Shown: piece after piece, positions 19,153 through 31,052 of the stretch
Numbering within the stretch: the first letter of the stretch is position 1
Layout: each line of letters starts with the position of its first letter
NCBI GenBank assembly: GCA_020852835.1
Contig: JADZAC010000002.1
Location: 246 to 64,245 of the forward strand
Length of the DNA stretch: 64,000 bases
Source of the DNA: Flavobacteriales bacterium
GTDB lineage: Bacteria > Bacteroidota > Bacteroidia > Flavobacteriales_F > PHOS-HE28
Reading direction: 5' to 3'
Made by a program: the position numbers and the translations under genes
The notes under the pieces: generated by a model
Databases searched by the model: none
Told to the model about the DNA's origin: nothing
The model's input: the letters and a program-made list of their open reading frames with translations, nothing else

Positions 19153-19521
19153 TTATGGTTCCAGATGAATAACTGAAACCCGATCAATGTCCACTTCCAC
19201 TAAAAATCGCCCAACTGTGTTCAGTTGACGGAGGTGTTCCAAGTTGCCAAGGAGATGTGCGATCAGCACACTGGTTGGGATGTTGCCCAGATTTACCTTG
19301 ATGAGTTTGCGGGGCGATCGCTGTACGATGCACCTGCCCAGGAAGTCCGCGTCCTTGGTGATCAAGATCCGGTCTTGGAGATCGGCGGTCCGGGCGATGT
19401 CGGCATCCGGCGTATGCCAACGTTTGGGAAGCTGGTTTACATGGATGCAGTCGAAGCCGGCTTCCGCCAATCGCTTGGAGACCTGGAGCGATATATGCAC
19501 GTCACATAGAAAGCGCATCAC
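19153..19521 (-). CDS. DUF5615-family PIN-like toxin of a type II toxin-antitoxin pair
   Basis: 122 aa. Conserved partner of DUF433 proteins. 4-nt overlap with the upstream DUF433 gene. Locally reduced GC. Confidence 0.65.
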   Translation of the reverse strand: MMRFLCDVHISLQVSKRLAEAGFDCIHVNQLPKRWHTPDADIARTADLQDRILITKDADFLGRCIVQRSPRKLIKVNLGNIPTSVLIAHLLGNLEHLRQLNTVGRFLVEVDIDRVSVIHLEP

Positions 19522-19793
19522 GCCACGCCGCCCAGCGTCTGGCCGGAAACCATCAAACGCGCATAGTTAAGACTGGCGCGGATGTCCTCCTTTTCCAGTT
19601 CCTGGTGTTCGGAAATGATCTCTTCCGCGGTCATGCCGGAGCCAAGCAAGTCAATAATGACCTCCACGGGCCAGCGCATGCCCCGTATGCAAGGCTTGCC
19701 GTGGCAGATGGCGGGATCAATGGTGATGCGGCCGATGCCCGACTGTTCCATGCAGTAAAGGTAGTTCCGATATGCAATTTGGGCAACGCGCAC
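19518..19793 (-). CDS. DUF433-family antitoxin
   Basis: Hallmark ITIDPAICHGKPCIRGMRWPV motif. The start may be the internal Met MEQSGIG at 19751. Confidence 0.7.
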   Translation of the reverse strand: MRVAQIAYRNYLYCMEQSGIGRITIDPAICHGKPCIRGMRWPVEVIIDLLGSGMTAEEIISEHQELEKEDIRASLNYARLMVSGQTLGGVA

Positions 19794-19839
19794 CGGCGCG
19801 ATTGCCCTGCACGGCGGGTTGTTGTGGGATCATCGCCTG

Positions 19840-21096
<1,257 letters not shown>

Positions 21097-21121
21097 TTTG
21101 GCCTCCTTCTTTTTCAGTCGC

Positions 21122-22144
21122 TCAAACAGCACGCTCATCCCTTTTTTGATAGATCCGTTCAATGATGTCCACCACCTTCAAACCTTCCAGGGCGTTGGTG
21201 GTCATGGACGTTTTGTTCTTCAAGGTGTCCACCACGTTCTCGATGATGTAATGGTGGTTGCTGGCGCTGCCCTTGTATGCGCCGTAGTCGTTGGCCGGGT
21301 TGGTGGGCGGCAGCTCCGGCATGGTGTAGTCCTGCGCGTGGCACACTTCCACCTGGTCCATGTACTGTCCGCCGATCTTCACGCTGCCCTTGCTGCCGAT
21401 GATGGTGATGCTGCTCTCCAGGTTCTTGTCCCACACGCTTGTGGAGTAGTTCAGGCAGCCCATGCCGCCTTGGAGGAAACGGAAGTTCACCAGGCCGCTG
21501 TCCTCGAAGGCCGTGAGGTCCTTGTGGTTGAAATCGGCAAATCGCCCTTGGATATCGGTGATGTCGCCGAAGAGCCAGTACATGATGTCCACGAAATGGC
21601 TGAATTGGGTGAAGAGGGTGCCGCCGTCGAGCTCGGCGGTGCCTTTCCAGCTGCCGGCCTTGTAGTAGCGGGCATCGCGGTTCCAGTAGCAGTTCACCTG
21701 TACCAGGAAGATGTCGCCCAGGCGCTTCTGGTCCACCATCTCTTTGATCCACCGGCTGGGCGGGCTGTAGCGGTTCTGCATCACCCCGAAGAGGTGCTTG
21801 TGTTTCTGCAGCGCCTTGCCCAGCACGGCCTCGCAGTCCGCCTTGGAGAGGCCCATGGGCTTTTCGCACACCACGTGCTTGTTGTGTTCGAGGGCGGCCA
21901 GGCTAAGGGGCACATGCAGGCCGTTGGGGGTGCAGATGTTCACCACGTGCACCTCGGGCACGGTTTCCAGCATGGCATGGATGCTGGTGAAGTAGGGCGC
22001 GTCGAAGGCTTCGAGGCCCAGTTCCGCCCGCGGCTTGATGTCGCAGAGCGCCACCAGCCGGCTGCCCGGGTCGCGGGTGATCATTTCCGCATGCCGCTTG
22101 CCGATGTGGCCGCAGCCCACCACGGCGAAGTTCACTTTGTCCAT
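21122..22144 (-). CDS. Gfo/Idh/MocA-family oxidoreductase (WbpB-like UDP-sugar 3-dehydrogenase)
   Basis: Start MDKVNFAVVGCGHIGKRH at 22144. N-terminal Rossmann fold and a C-terminal alpha/beta domain. Confidence 0.75.
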   Translation of the reverse strand: MDKVNFAVVGCGHIGKRHAEMITRDPGSRLVALCDIKPRAELGLEAFDAPYFTSIHAMLETVPEVHVVNICTPNGLHVPLSLAALEHNKHVVCEKPMGLSKADCEAVLGKALQKHKHLFGVMQNRYSPPSRWIKEMVDQKRLGDIFLVQVNCYWNRDARYYKAGSWKGTAELDGGTLFTQFSHFVDIMYWLFGDITDIQGRFADFNHKDLTAFEDSGLVNFRFLQGGMGCLNYSTSVWDKNLESSITIIGSKGSVKIGGQYMDQVEVCHAQDYTMPELPPTNPANDYGAYKGSASNHHYIIENVVDTLKNKTSMTTNALEGLKVVDIIERIYQKRDERAV

Positions 22145-22152
22145 TCCCGGGG

Positions 22153-22728
22153 TCATGCTTTACGCGACACTTGGCCGCCTTTCAACTGGTAGTGTTGGCC
22201 ACTTTCCGGGCAGGTGGCATTGCCCTCGGCATCGAATTTCAGCTGGTGCCCGTACTCGCTCATCCAGCCGGTTTGCCGCGCGGGGTTGCCCACGACCAGC
22301 GCGTATGGCGGCACGGTTTTCGTTACCACCGCGCCGGCGCCGATGAATGCGAATTCGCCGATGTCATGGCCGCACACGATGGTGGCGTTGGCCCCGATGC
22401 TGGCGCCCCGCCCCACGTGCGTCCGGGCGTATTGGTCGCGGCGGTTCACCGCGCTGCGCGGATTGATCACGTTGGTGAACACGCAGCTGGGCCCCAGGAA
22501 CACGTCATCATCGCATTCCACGCCGGTGTAAAGGCTCACGTTGTTCTGCACCTTCACGTTGTTGCCCAGCTTAACGCCCGGGCTTACCACCACGTTCTGC
22601 CCGATGTTGCACCGCTCACCCAGGCTGCAGCCCGTCATCAGGTGGCTGAAGTGCCAGATGCGGGTGCCCGCACCGATGGTGCAGCCCTCGTCGATCACGG
22701 CCGTGGGGTGGGCGCTGTAGTTGCTCAT
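22153..22728 (-). CDS. left-handed beta-helix N-acetyltransferase (WbpD-like)
   Basis: 191 aa. Hexapeptide repeats ([LIV]GxxxxI…). Confidence 0.7.
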   Translation of the reverse strand: MSNYSAHPTAVIDEGCTIGAGTRIWHFSHLMTGCSLGERCNIGQNVVVSPGVKLGNNVKVQNNVSLYTGVECDDDVFLGPSCVFTNVINPRSAVNRRDQYARTHVGRGASIGANATIVCGHDIGEFAFIGAGAVVTKTVPPYALVVGNPARQTGWMSEYGHQLKFDAEGNATCPESGQHYQLKGGQVSRKA

Positions 22729-22825
22729 GGAAACGGAGCGCGAAAGTAAGGCCGTGGCGGTGACCCGCCACCGGGGGGCGCGAGTGGCGGGAGCACGGGT
22801 CGGGCACTAATTTTCCGCCCCTTGG

Positions 22826-23437
22826 ATGGATGCGCTCATCGCCCTGCTGGTGGCCGTTGCGGCCAGTTTCATCGGTTCGCTGCAAGCCGGGCTGGTGAAT
22901 ACCGCCGTGCTGGCGGCCACCTTGCGCCATGGGCGGAACGTGGCGCGCAGCACGGCATTGGGCGGGTCGTTGCCGGAGATCCTGTATGCGGGGCTGGCTT
23001 TCGTGGCGGCGAACAGGGTACTGGCCTATACGGAGCATTGGGGCATTACGCCCGGGCGCATCTCGGGCGTGGTGATGGTGGGGCTCGGGCTCTACATCGC
23101 TTTGGTGATGAAGCCCTTCCACATCAAGGAGGAAGTGCAGGTGCGCAGCGGGTTCCGCCGGGGGATGGTGCTGGGCTTGATGAACCCGCAGTTGGCCCTG
23201 TTCTGGTGCGGCGTGCGGCTGGCGATGGAAGCCATGGGCCTGCAAGCCTATGGGTGGGGAGCCTTGGCGGGCTTCAGCTTGGGTGCCTTCATCGGCGCCA
23301 TGGCCTTGCTGTTGCTGCTGATCCGCCTGGGGGGGCACATGCGTGAGCGGATGGCGGACAAGACGCTCATTCGCTTGTTCCGCGCGCTGGGCGTGGTGCT
23401 GGTGCTCGCCGGGGCATGGGCGTGGGTGGCCGGTTAG
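22826..23437 (+). CDS. LysE/RhtB-family amino-acid exporter
   Basis: 203 aa with six hydrophobic segments. The topology matches the LysE family. Confidence 0.65.
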   Translation: MDALIALLVAVAASFIGSLQAGLVNTAVLAATLRHGRNVARSTALGGSLPEILYAGLAFVAANRVLAYTEHWGITPGRISGVVMVGLGLYIALVMKPFHIKEEVQVRSGFRRGMVLGLMNPQLALFWCGVRLAMEAMGLQAYGWGALAGFSLGAFIGAMALLLLLIRLGGHMRERMADKTLIRLFRALGVVLVLAGAWAWVAG

Positions 23438-23467
23438 CGCCTGGTTGACCGGATCGCGAACGGATGC

Positions 23468-24286
23468 TTACGCCCGTGGGTGCAACAAGCCCAGCTTTTC
23501 CAGCGTGCCGTTGAGTGCTGCAAGCGGCCCGGGTGCCGGAGGTTCCACTTTCCAACACACATGCTGCAACCACTCCTGCGCCACCGCCGGGGTGAAACCC
23601 GCGTTCTGCATGACCAGTTCCACCGGGTGCGGGCCGCCCTTCAGCACGTCCGCTTCGCTGCGCAACACGGCCAGAGCCCGTTCAACAACTGCGGCATGGC
23701 GCTGCAGGAAGCCTGTGCCGGCCGTGATCACAAAGCCCGGCCACGGCGCGCGCACCACGTCCACGCACCGCATGACCCCCGCTTGCACCCAGCGCCGGGT
23801 GACGTACTGCTCCCAAAGAAAGATGACCGGGGGGCCTTGCTGCATGCGCTCGGCGGCCCCGGCCATGTTGTGCACCACCTCCAGGTCGGTTTCCAAGGGC
23901 CGCCAGCCCTGCTGTTCGGCATGCAGCAGGGCCATGATGTGGCTGCCACTGCCCATGCGGCTGATGGCGTAGGGGATGCCCCTAAGGTTTCCGGCTTCCA
24001 GATCCAAGCTTGCAGGCACATGAACGCCCCATGGCAAGGCGCTTTCCACAAAGCCGCTCACGATCCGGTGCGGGCCGCCGTTGAGGATGTCGCGCTGCGC
24101 GCCTTCGGTGACCAGCACGGCCATGTCCAGCTCGCCGTCGCGCAGCATTTGGCACATGCGCCCGGTACCCTCATGAACCACATGCCAGTGCAGGTCAATG
24201 CCCGCTTTGCGGAAGTGCCGCTTCTCCATGGCCAGGTGCCACGGAAGGTTGTAGGGCTCGGGCACGCCGGCCACTCGCAGTTTCAT
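23468..24286 (-). CDS. NMT1/THI5-like periplasmic-binding-protein-fold protein without signal peptide
   Basis: Start MKLRVAGVPEPYNLPWHLA at ATG 24286; the ORF track extends to GTG 24358. Similar to SsuA/NMT1 substrate-binding domains. Confidence 0.45.
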   Translation of the reverse strand: MKLRVAGVPEPYNLPWHLAMEKRHFRKAGIDLHWHVVHEGTGRMCQMLRDGELDMAVLVTEGAQRDILNGGPHRIVSGFVESALPWGVHVPASLDLEAGNLRGIPYAISRMGSGSHIMALLHAEQQGWRPLETDLEVVHNMAGAAERMQQGPPVIFLWEQYVTRRWVQAGVMRCVDVVRAPWPGFVITAGTGFLQRHAAVVERALAVLRSEADVLKGGPHPVELVMQNAGFTPAVAQEWLQHVCWKVEPPAPGPLAALNGTLEKLGLLHPRA

Positions 24287-24452
24287 TCCACGCAAAGTAC
24301 TGTGCACAGATCGGACAGATGGGAAGGCCTTGGTCCGAAGCTTGTCCACAGGTTGCACAGATGGGAAAGCCCTTCAACCGGCAGCGATCCGTGTGATCGG
24401 TGAAATCTGTGGAGGGTATTCGATCCGTGGATGGTATTCGCACCGTGCAACC

Positions 24453-25517
<1,065 letters not shown>

Positions 25518-25518
25518 G

Positions 25519-26850
25519 TCAGGCTTTGGCTTTGATGGGGGCGTTCACCGCTTGGCGGCCAATGCTCACGTAGTGGAAGCCTTGGTCCTTCATCTCTTCG
25601 AGGTCGTAAAGGTTGCGGCCGTCGAAGATGGTCTTCTCCTTCATCAGCTCTTCCATGCGGGCCAGTTCCGGGTTGCGGAACACGGCCCATTCGGTGGCGA
25701 TGATCAGGGCGTCGGCCCCCATGAGCGCGGTATACTCATCTTCCGCGAAGTTCACCTTGGCGCCAACGGCTTTCTTCACGTTGTCCATGGCCTCGGGATC
25801 GAACGCGGTGATGGTGGCGCCGGCCTTGGTCAGCGCTTCGATCATGTACAGGGCGGGCGCCTCGCGTATGTCGTCGGTGTCCGGCTTGAAGGCCAAGCCC
25901 CACAAGGCGAAGTGCTTGCCGCGGAGGTCGTCGCCGTAATGGGCCTTGATCTTGCGCACCAAGCTCGCCTTCTGGCGCTCGTTCACCTTCATCACGCTGT
26001 TGATGATCTCGAACTTGTAGCCCGCCTGGTCGCCGCTGTGGGCCAAGGCCAGTACATCCTTGGGGAAGCAGCTGCCGCCGTAGCCGATGCCCGGGAACAG
26101 GAAGCGCTTGCCGATGCGGCTGTCCGTGCCCAGGCCGATGCGCACCTTGTCCACATCGGCGCCAACGGCCTCGCAGAAGTTGGCGATCTCGTTCATGAAC
26201 GTGATCTTCATGGCCAGGAAGGCATTGGCGGCGTATTTGGTGAGCTCCGCGCTGCGCTCGTCCATGAAGAGGATGGGGTTGCCTTGCCGCACGAACGGCT
26301 TGTAGAGGTCTTCCATCAGCTTTTGCGCGCGGGCACTGCTGGTGCCCACCACCACGCGGTCGGGCTTCAGGAAGTCGTCCACGGCGAATCCCTCCCGCAG
26401 GAATTCCGGATTGCTCACCACGTCGAAGGGCACGCGGGCGTGCTTGGCCACCGCATCGCGCACCTTTTCCGCTGTGCCCACGGGCACGGTGCTCTTGTCC
26501 ACGATCACCTTGTAGTTCGTGATGATCTTGCCCAGTTCATCGGCCACCCCCAGCACATATTTCAGGTCGGCGCTGCCATCCTCGCCCGGTGGCGTGGGCA
26601 GCGCCAGGAAGATGATCTGGGCCTGGTCCACGGCTTCCTTCAGGCTGGTGGTGAAGGACAGGCGGCCTTGGCGGATGTTGCGTTCGAAAAGCACGTCCAA
26701 GAGCGGCTCGTAGATGGGCACGTGGCCTTCCTTGAGCCGTTTCACCTTTTCCTGGTCAATATCCACGCAGATCACGTGGTTGCCGGTTTCGGCGAAGCAG
26801 GTGCCTGAGACCAGGCCGACATATCCGGTTCCGATTACCGCTAGGTTCAT
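25519..26850 (-). CDS. ugd: UDP-glucose 6-dehydrogenase
   Basis: [12 protein letters not shown] start. Catalytic GGSCFPKD. 443 aa. Only 1 nt from the UXS start. Confidence 0.9.
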   Translation of the reverse strand: MNLAVIGTGYVGLVSGTCFAETGNHVICVDIDQEKVKRLKEGHVPIYEPLLDVLFERNIRQGRLSFTTSLKEAVDQAQIIFLALPTPPGEDGSADLKYVLGVADELGKIITNYKVIVDKSTVPVGTAEKVRDAVAKHARVPFDVVSNPEFLREGFAVDDFLKPDRVVVGTSSARAQKLMEDLYKPFVRQGNPILFMDERSAELTKYAANAFLAMKITFMNEIANFCEAVGADVDKVRIGLGTDSRIGKRFLFPGIGYGGSCFPKDVLALAHSGDQAGYKFEIINSVMKVNERQKASLVRKIKAHYGDDLRGKHFALWGLAFKPDTDDIREAPALYMIEALTKAGATITAFDPEAMDNVKKAVGAKVNFAEDEYTALMGADALIIATEWAVFRNPELARMEELMKEKTIFDGRNLYDLEEMKDQGFHYVSIGRQAVNAPIKAKA

Positions 26851-26905
26851 TGCTGGGGATGCAGGAACTGCCGCTTATGCGGTGATTTCCCTGTGTTTGT
26901 TTGGT

Positions 26906-28030
26906 TCAGTGGAAGAAGCTCCTCACCGCTTGGGTGATGTGTTGCAGTTGGCCCGCATCCAGCTCGGTGCTCATGGGCAGGGAAAGCACTTCCCGGGCCA
27001 GTTGCTCGGTGTTGGGCAGTGCACCCTGCGGATGTCGGCCGCCTTTGTACGCATGCTGCAGGTGGCAGGGTACAGGATAGTACACCATGGATGGAATTCC
27101 CTGGTTCTCAAGGTGTTTTTTCAAGACATCGCGCTTTCCTCCGGCCACCCGCAGGGTGTATTGGTGGAAAACATGGTTGCTGAAGGGGGAGCGTTCGGGC
27201 AGGGTGAGCTCCGCGATGCCGGCGAAGGCCTGGTCATATGCGGCCGCCGCGCTGTTCCGGGCGCGGGCGTACTCGTCCAAGTGCCGCAGTTTGATGCGCA
27301 GTATGGCCGCTTGCAGCGAATCCAGCCGGCTGTTCACGCCCACCACCTCGTGGTAGTAGCGCTGCTCGCTGCCGTGGTTGCACACCCGGCGGATCTTGTG
27401 CGCAAGCTCATCGCTGTTGGTGAACAGGGCGCCACCGTCGCCGTAGCAGCCCAGGTTCTTGCTGGGGAAGAAGCTGGTGACGCCGATGTCGCCCATGGTG
27501 CCGCTCTTGCGCTTGCCGTTGGCCCCGCTGTGGTCGGCGCCAATGCTTTGGCAGGCATCTTCCACCAGGTACAAGTTGTACTCGCGGGCAATGGCCAGCA
27601 TGGCGTCCATGTCGGCACTTTGGCCGAACAGGTGCACCGGCACGATGGCCTTGGTCTTGGGGGTCACTTTGCGGGCCACATCGGCGGGGTCCAGGTTGAA
27701 GGTGCCCGGCAGCACATCGGCAAACACCGGAACCAGGCCCAGCAGGGCCAGTACCTCCACGGTGGCCACGAAGGTGAACGAGGCGGTGATCACTTCATCT
27801 CCAGGCTTCAGCCCCAAGGCCATCATGGCCACTTGCAGCCCATCGGTGCCGTTGGCGCAGCCGATCACATGCTTCACCTTCAGGTATTCCGCCAGCTCCT
27901 GCTCGAAGGCTTTCACTTGCGGGCCATTGATGAAGGCCGCCGTGCTGATCACTTCCTGCAATGCGGCGTCCACCTCGGGCTTGATCTTCTCATATTGGCC
28001 GACGAGGTCGACCATTTGGATGGCTTTCAT
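26906..28030 (-). CDS. DegT/DnrJ/EryC1/StrS-family sugar aminotransferase (WbpE-like)
   Basis: Start MKAIQMVDLVGQYEK at 28030. PLP-lysine context FFPSKNLG. The 693-aa ORF is a run-on artefact. Confidence 0.85.
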   Translation of the reverse strand: MKAIQMVDLVGQYEKIKPEVDAALQEVISTAAFINGPQVKAFEQELAEYLKVKHVIGCANGTDGLQVAMMALGLKPGDEVITASFTFVATVEVLALLGLVPVFADVLPGTFNLDPADVARKVTPKTKAIVPVHLFGQSADMDAMLAIAREYNLYLVEDACQSIGADHSGANGKRKSGTMGDIGVTSFFPSKNLGCYGDGGALFTNSDELAHKIRRVCNHGSEQRYYHEVVGVNSRLDSLQAAILRIKLRHLDEYARARNSAAAAYDQAFAGIAELTLPERSPFSNHVFHQYTLRVAGGKRDVLKKHLENQGIPSMVYYPVPCHLQHAYKGGRHPQGALPNTEQLAREVLSLPMSTELDAGQLQHITQAVRSFFH

Positions 28031-28144
28031 GTACCGGTTCGGGCTTCTGTGCCCGGCCAACGGCGCGCGGGCGGCGCGAAGGTAAGCTGCGGTGCAAAGC
28101 GCCTGCATGCCTGCACAACCGGCCACGGCTAACTTCGCCTCCCC

Positions 28145-28903
28145 ATGAAGCTCAATTCCCTGTTCCTCCCCTTTGCCCTGCTGGCCGGTATGGTGCCCTG
28201 CAGGGCCCAAAGCGGCATTCAGGACACCTCCATCACCTTGGTCCCGCTCACCATCAGCTACGCCTACCAGCTGCCCAGCGGTGAAATGGCCCAACGCTTC
28301 GGCGCCAACAGCAACCTGGGGTTCAGCGCATCGGTCAAGTTCAAGAACAACTATTCCCTGGGCCTGGAGGGCGGATACCTCTTCGGTAACAAGGTGAACG
28401 AGCGCAATGTGTTGCGCGAAATGACCACCACCAACGGGGTGATCGTGAACCAGGATGGTGACCCGGCCAACGTTCTTTTCTTCGAACGCGGCTACACGGT
28501 GATGGCCTTTGCGGGCAAGGTGATCCCCATTGCCGGGCCCAACCCCAACAGCGGTATCCTGCTCAAGCTCGGCGGCGGCTACCTGGCGCACAAGCTGCTC
28601 ATACAGCACCAGAACGATGTGCTGCCAGCCCTGGAAGGCGATTACCTCAAGGGCTACGACCGGTTGTCGGCAGGGCCGGTGGGCATGTTCTTTGCCGGCT
28701 ACCAGCACCTCGGCAACAACCGCTTCATCAATTTTATGGTCGGCTTTGAACTGCAGGTGGCGTTCACCCGTTCGCTGCGCCCGTACAATTTCGATTCGGG
28801 AAGGGCCGACAACGACACCCATGTGGACGGCCTCAGCGGCTTGCGCTTCGGTTGGACTTTCCCCATTTACAAGACGCGCGACACCCGTGAATACTACCGC
28901 TGA
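28145..28903 (+). CDS. hypothetical secreted/outer-membrane protein
   Basis: Signal peptide MKLNSLFLPFALLAGMVPCRAQ. Alternating amphipathic beta-strand-like pattern. C-terminal aromatic residue. Confidence 0.45.
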   Translation: MKLNSLFLPFALLAGMVPCRAQSGIQDTSITLVPLTISYAYQLPSGEMAQRFGANSNLGFSASVKFKNNYSLGLEGGYLFGNKVNERNVLREMTTTNGVIVNQDGDPANVLFFERGYTVMAFAGKVIPIAGPNPNSGILLKLGGGYLAHKLLIQHQNDVLPALEGDYLKGYDRLSAGPVGMFFAGYQHLGNNRFINFMVGFELQVAFTRSLRPYNFDSGRADNDTHVDGLSGLRFGWTFPIYKTRDTREYYR

Positions 28904-30168
28904 TGCCCTTGCTGTACGACTTGGGCATCGGGGCATACCATGCGGCCATCCGGCTTGCGGCGGCATGGAACCCGAAGGCCAAGGCATGGGTGCAAGGCAG
29001 GAAGGAATGCTGGGACCGGCTGGAACAGGCGGCCCCGCAACTGCATGGCTGCCTGTGGATGCATTGCGCCAGCGTGGGCGAGTTTGAACAGGGCAGGCCC
29101 GTGCTGGAGGCCATCAAGGCACATCGCCCGGAGCTGCCGGTGCTGCTCACCTTCTTCAGCCCAAGCGGATACCAAGCGCGGAAGAACGAGCCGCTGGCCA
29201 CGCACGTGGAGTACTTGTCGCCGGACGGCGCCGCCAACGCGGAGAGGCTGTTGGCCCTGGTGAACCCCGTTGCGGCCGTTTTCGTGAAGTACGAGTTCTG
29301 GTATCACCACCTGCACGCCCTGCAGCGCAGGAAGGTGCCGGTGTTCCTCATTTCTGCCCTGTTCCGCAAGGACCAACCCTTTTTCCGGTGGTACGGCGGC
29401 GCATGGCGCAGCATGCTGGGCTGCTTCAAGCAGATCTTCACGCAGGATGAAGCTTCCTTGAAGCTGCTTGAGGGCATTGGCGTAGGGCATGCAGCGGTGG
29501 GCGGTGATGCACGGTTCGACCGTGTAGCGGCCATTGCGGCAGGCCAGGAGGAATTGCCCTTGGCCCGGGCCTTCGCCGGCAATGGCCCAGTGCTGGTGTG
29601 CGGCAGCACCTGGCCCAAGGATGAGGCGCTCCTAGCCGGGGCGCTGCGCGGCATGGGTGCGGGTGCGCCCAAGTGCATGGCCGTGCCGCATGAGCTGCAC
29701 GAGGCACAACTGGCCGCCATCGAACGCGATTTCCCCAAACCGCTGGCCCGCTGGAGCGAATTGGAGCAAAGCCCGGTGCTTAACGTGGAAACCATGCTGG
29801 GCGCAACGCCGCAGGGCACGTTGCTGGTGGACCGCATGGGCCTGTTGGCACGCCTGTACCGCTACGGCAGCGTGGCATACGTGGGCGGCGGGTTCACGGA
29901 CGGCATCCACAGCGTACTGGAAGCAGCGGCTTGGGGCGTACCGGTGATCGTGGGACCGCGGCACAAAAAATTTCCCGAAGTGCAGGGGCTGATCGAGGCG
30001 GGGGCAGGGCTGGAGGTGCGGAACTCGGCCGAATTGCAGGCGGCGCTAGGCTGTTGGCTAAAGGATCCTCAGGCGCTGAGGAGAGCTTCCGAGGCAGCGG
30101 CCCGCTATGTGAACGAGCGGAAAGGCGGGGCTGGGCGGGTGGCAGGCACGGTATTGGCGGCAATTTGA
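28903..30168 (+). CDS. kdtA: 3-deoxy-D-manno-octulosonic acid (Kdo) transferase
   Basis: 421 aa. N-terminal HCASVGE motif and GT-B C-terminal domain. Confidence 0.85.
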   Translation: MPLLYDLGIGAYHAAIRLAAAWNPKAKAWVQGRKECWDRLEQAAPQLHGCLWMHCASVGEFEQGRPVLEAIKAHRPELPVLLTFFSPSGYQARKNEPLATHVEYLSPDGAANAERLLALVNPVAAVFVKYEFWYHHLHALQRRKVPVFLISALFRKDQPFFRWYGGAWRSMLGCFKQIFTQDEASLKLLEGIGVGHAAVGGDARFDRVAAIAAGQEELPLARAFAGNGPVLVCGSTWPKDEALLAGALRGMGAGAPKCMAVPHELHEAQLAAIERDFPKPLARWSELEQSPVLNVETMLGATPQGTLLVDRMGLLARLYRYGSVAYVGGGFTDGIHSVLEAAAWGVPVIVGPRHKKFPEVQGLIEAGAGLEVRNSAELQAALGCWLKDPQALRRASEAAARYVNERKGGAGRVAGTVLAAI

Positions 30169-30178
30169 ATGGATGCGT

Positions 30179-30221
30179 GATGGACGCCGATGGACGCATT
30201 CCGCGTCCATCGGCGTCCATC
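30179..30221. repeat. perfect 19-bp inverted repeat (gatggacgccgatggacgc / gcgtccatcggcgtccatc) with a 5-nt loop; built from three tandem ATGGAyGC units plus their inverted complements
   Basis: Read directly from the sequence. Sits between the convergent kdtA and MazG-like genes. The predicted stem is very stable. Confidence 0.7.
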
Positions 30222-30231
30222 TGGGTCCTCG

Positions 30232-30585
30232 CTACCTCAACTTCGGGTTCTCTCCGTGCCGCTGCGCATCGCGGCTGGTGCGCTTTTCCATTTTCTTCCG
30301 CCACGCAGCCTGCAGATCGGTGTTGGTTTGGTTGGCGATGCACAGGGTGACGAAGAGCACGTCAGCCAGCTCTTCACCGAGGTCCTTGCCCTTGTCGCTC
30401 TCCTTTTCACTTTGCTCCCCGTAGCGCCGGGCCATGATGCGGCCCACTTCGCCCACTTCCTCGCTGAGGATGGCCATGTTGGTGAGCTCGTTGAAGTAGC
30501 GCACGCCCACCGTTGTGATCCACCCCTCCACCTCGCGTTGCAAGGTGGCCACTTCGTCGCCTGCTGTTCCCGGTCTTCCTTCCAT
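30232..30585 (-). CDS. MazG-like nucleoside triphosphate pyrophosphohydrolase (small, all-alpha)
   Basis: Start MEGRPGTAG at 30585. EEVGEV…ELADVL motifs. The 230-aa ORF is a run-on. Confidence 0.65.
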   Translation of the reverse strand: MEGRPGTAGDEVATLQREVEGWITTVGVRYFNELTNMAILSEEVGEVGRIMARRYGEQSEKESDKGKDLGEELADVLFVTLCIANQTNTDLQAAWRKKMEKRTSRDAQRHGENPKLR

Positions 30586-30599
30586 GGCGTTTGGAATTT

Positions 30600-31052
30600 T
30601 CACTCTTTCAATTTGCTGTCGATCACGATGGTCACCGGCCCGTCGTTCACCAGTTCCACCTGCATGTCGGCGCCGAACTCGCCGCTGCGCACGTGGTTGT
30701 GCACCAGCACGCTGAAGAGCTGCTTGGCACGCAGGTAAAGTGGAATGGCTTCCTCCGGGCGCGCCGCGCGGATGTAGCTGGGCCGGTTTCCCTTGCGGGT
30801 GCTGGCGTGCAGGGTGAATTGGCTCACCACCATCAATTCGCCCTGGGCCTCGTTGATGTCCAAGTTCATTACGCCTTCCGCATCCGCGAAGAGCCGCATG
30901 CGCGCCACTTTGCCGCAGAGCCATTCCAGGTCCTCGGCCGTATCGCCTGCTTCGATCCCCAGCAACACCAACAAGCCCTTGGAAATGTGCGCATGCTCGG
31001 TGCCGCCAATATGTACCGAGGCTTCCCGCACCCGTTGCACCACGGCACGCAT
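30600..31052 (-). CDS. dtd: D-aminoacyl-tRNA deacylase
   Basis: Start MRAVVQRV at 31052. Signature SQFTL and C-terminal NDGPVT. Confidence 0.88.
   Translation of the reverse strand: MRAVVQRVREASVHIGGTEHAHISKGLLVLLGIEAGDTAEDLEWLCGKVARMRLFADAEGVMNLDINEAQGELMVVSQFTLHASTRKGNRPSYIRAARPEEAIPLYLRAKQLFSVLVHNHVRSGEFGADMQVELVNDGPVTIVIDSKLKE

Noticed and set aside
21159-21869. 236-aa minus-strand ORF in an alternative frame of the Gfo/Idh/MocA gene
   Set aside because: Low-complexity Arg/Gly/Pro-rich. The 21122..22144 frame carries the Rossmann motif.
26906-28987. 693-aa ORF extending the DegT aminotransferase
   Set aside because: 319 aa of low-complexity sequence, antisense to the 28145..28903 gene and kdtA, precede MKAIQMVDLVGQYEK (28030). 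Run-on artefact.
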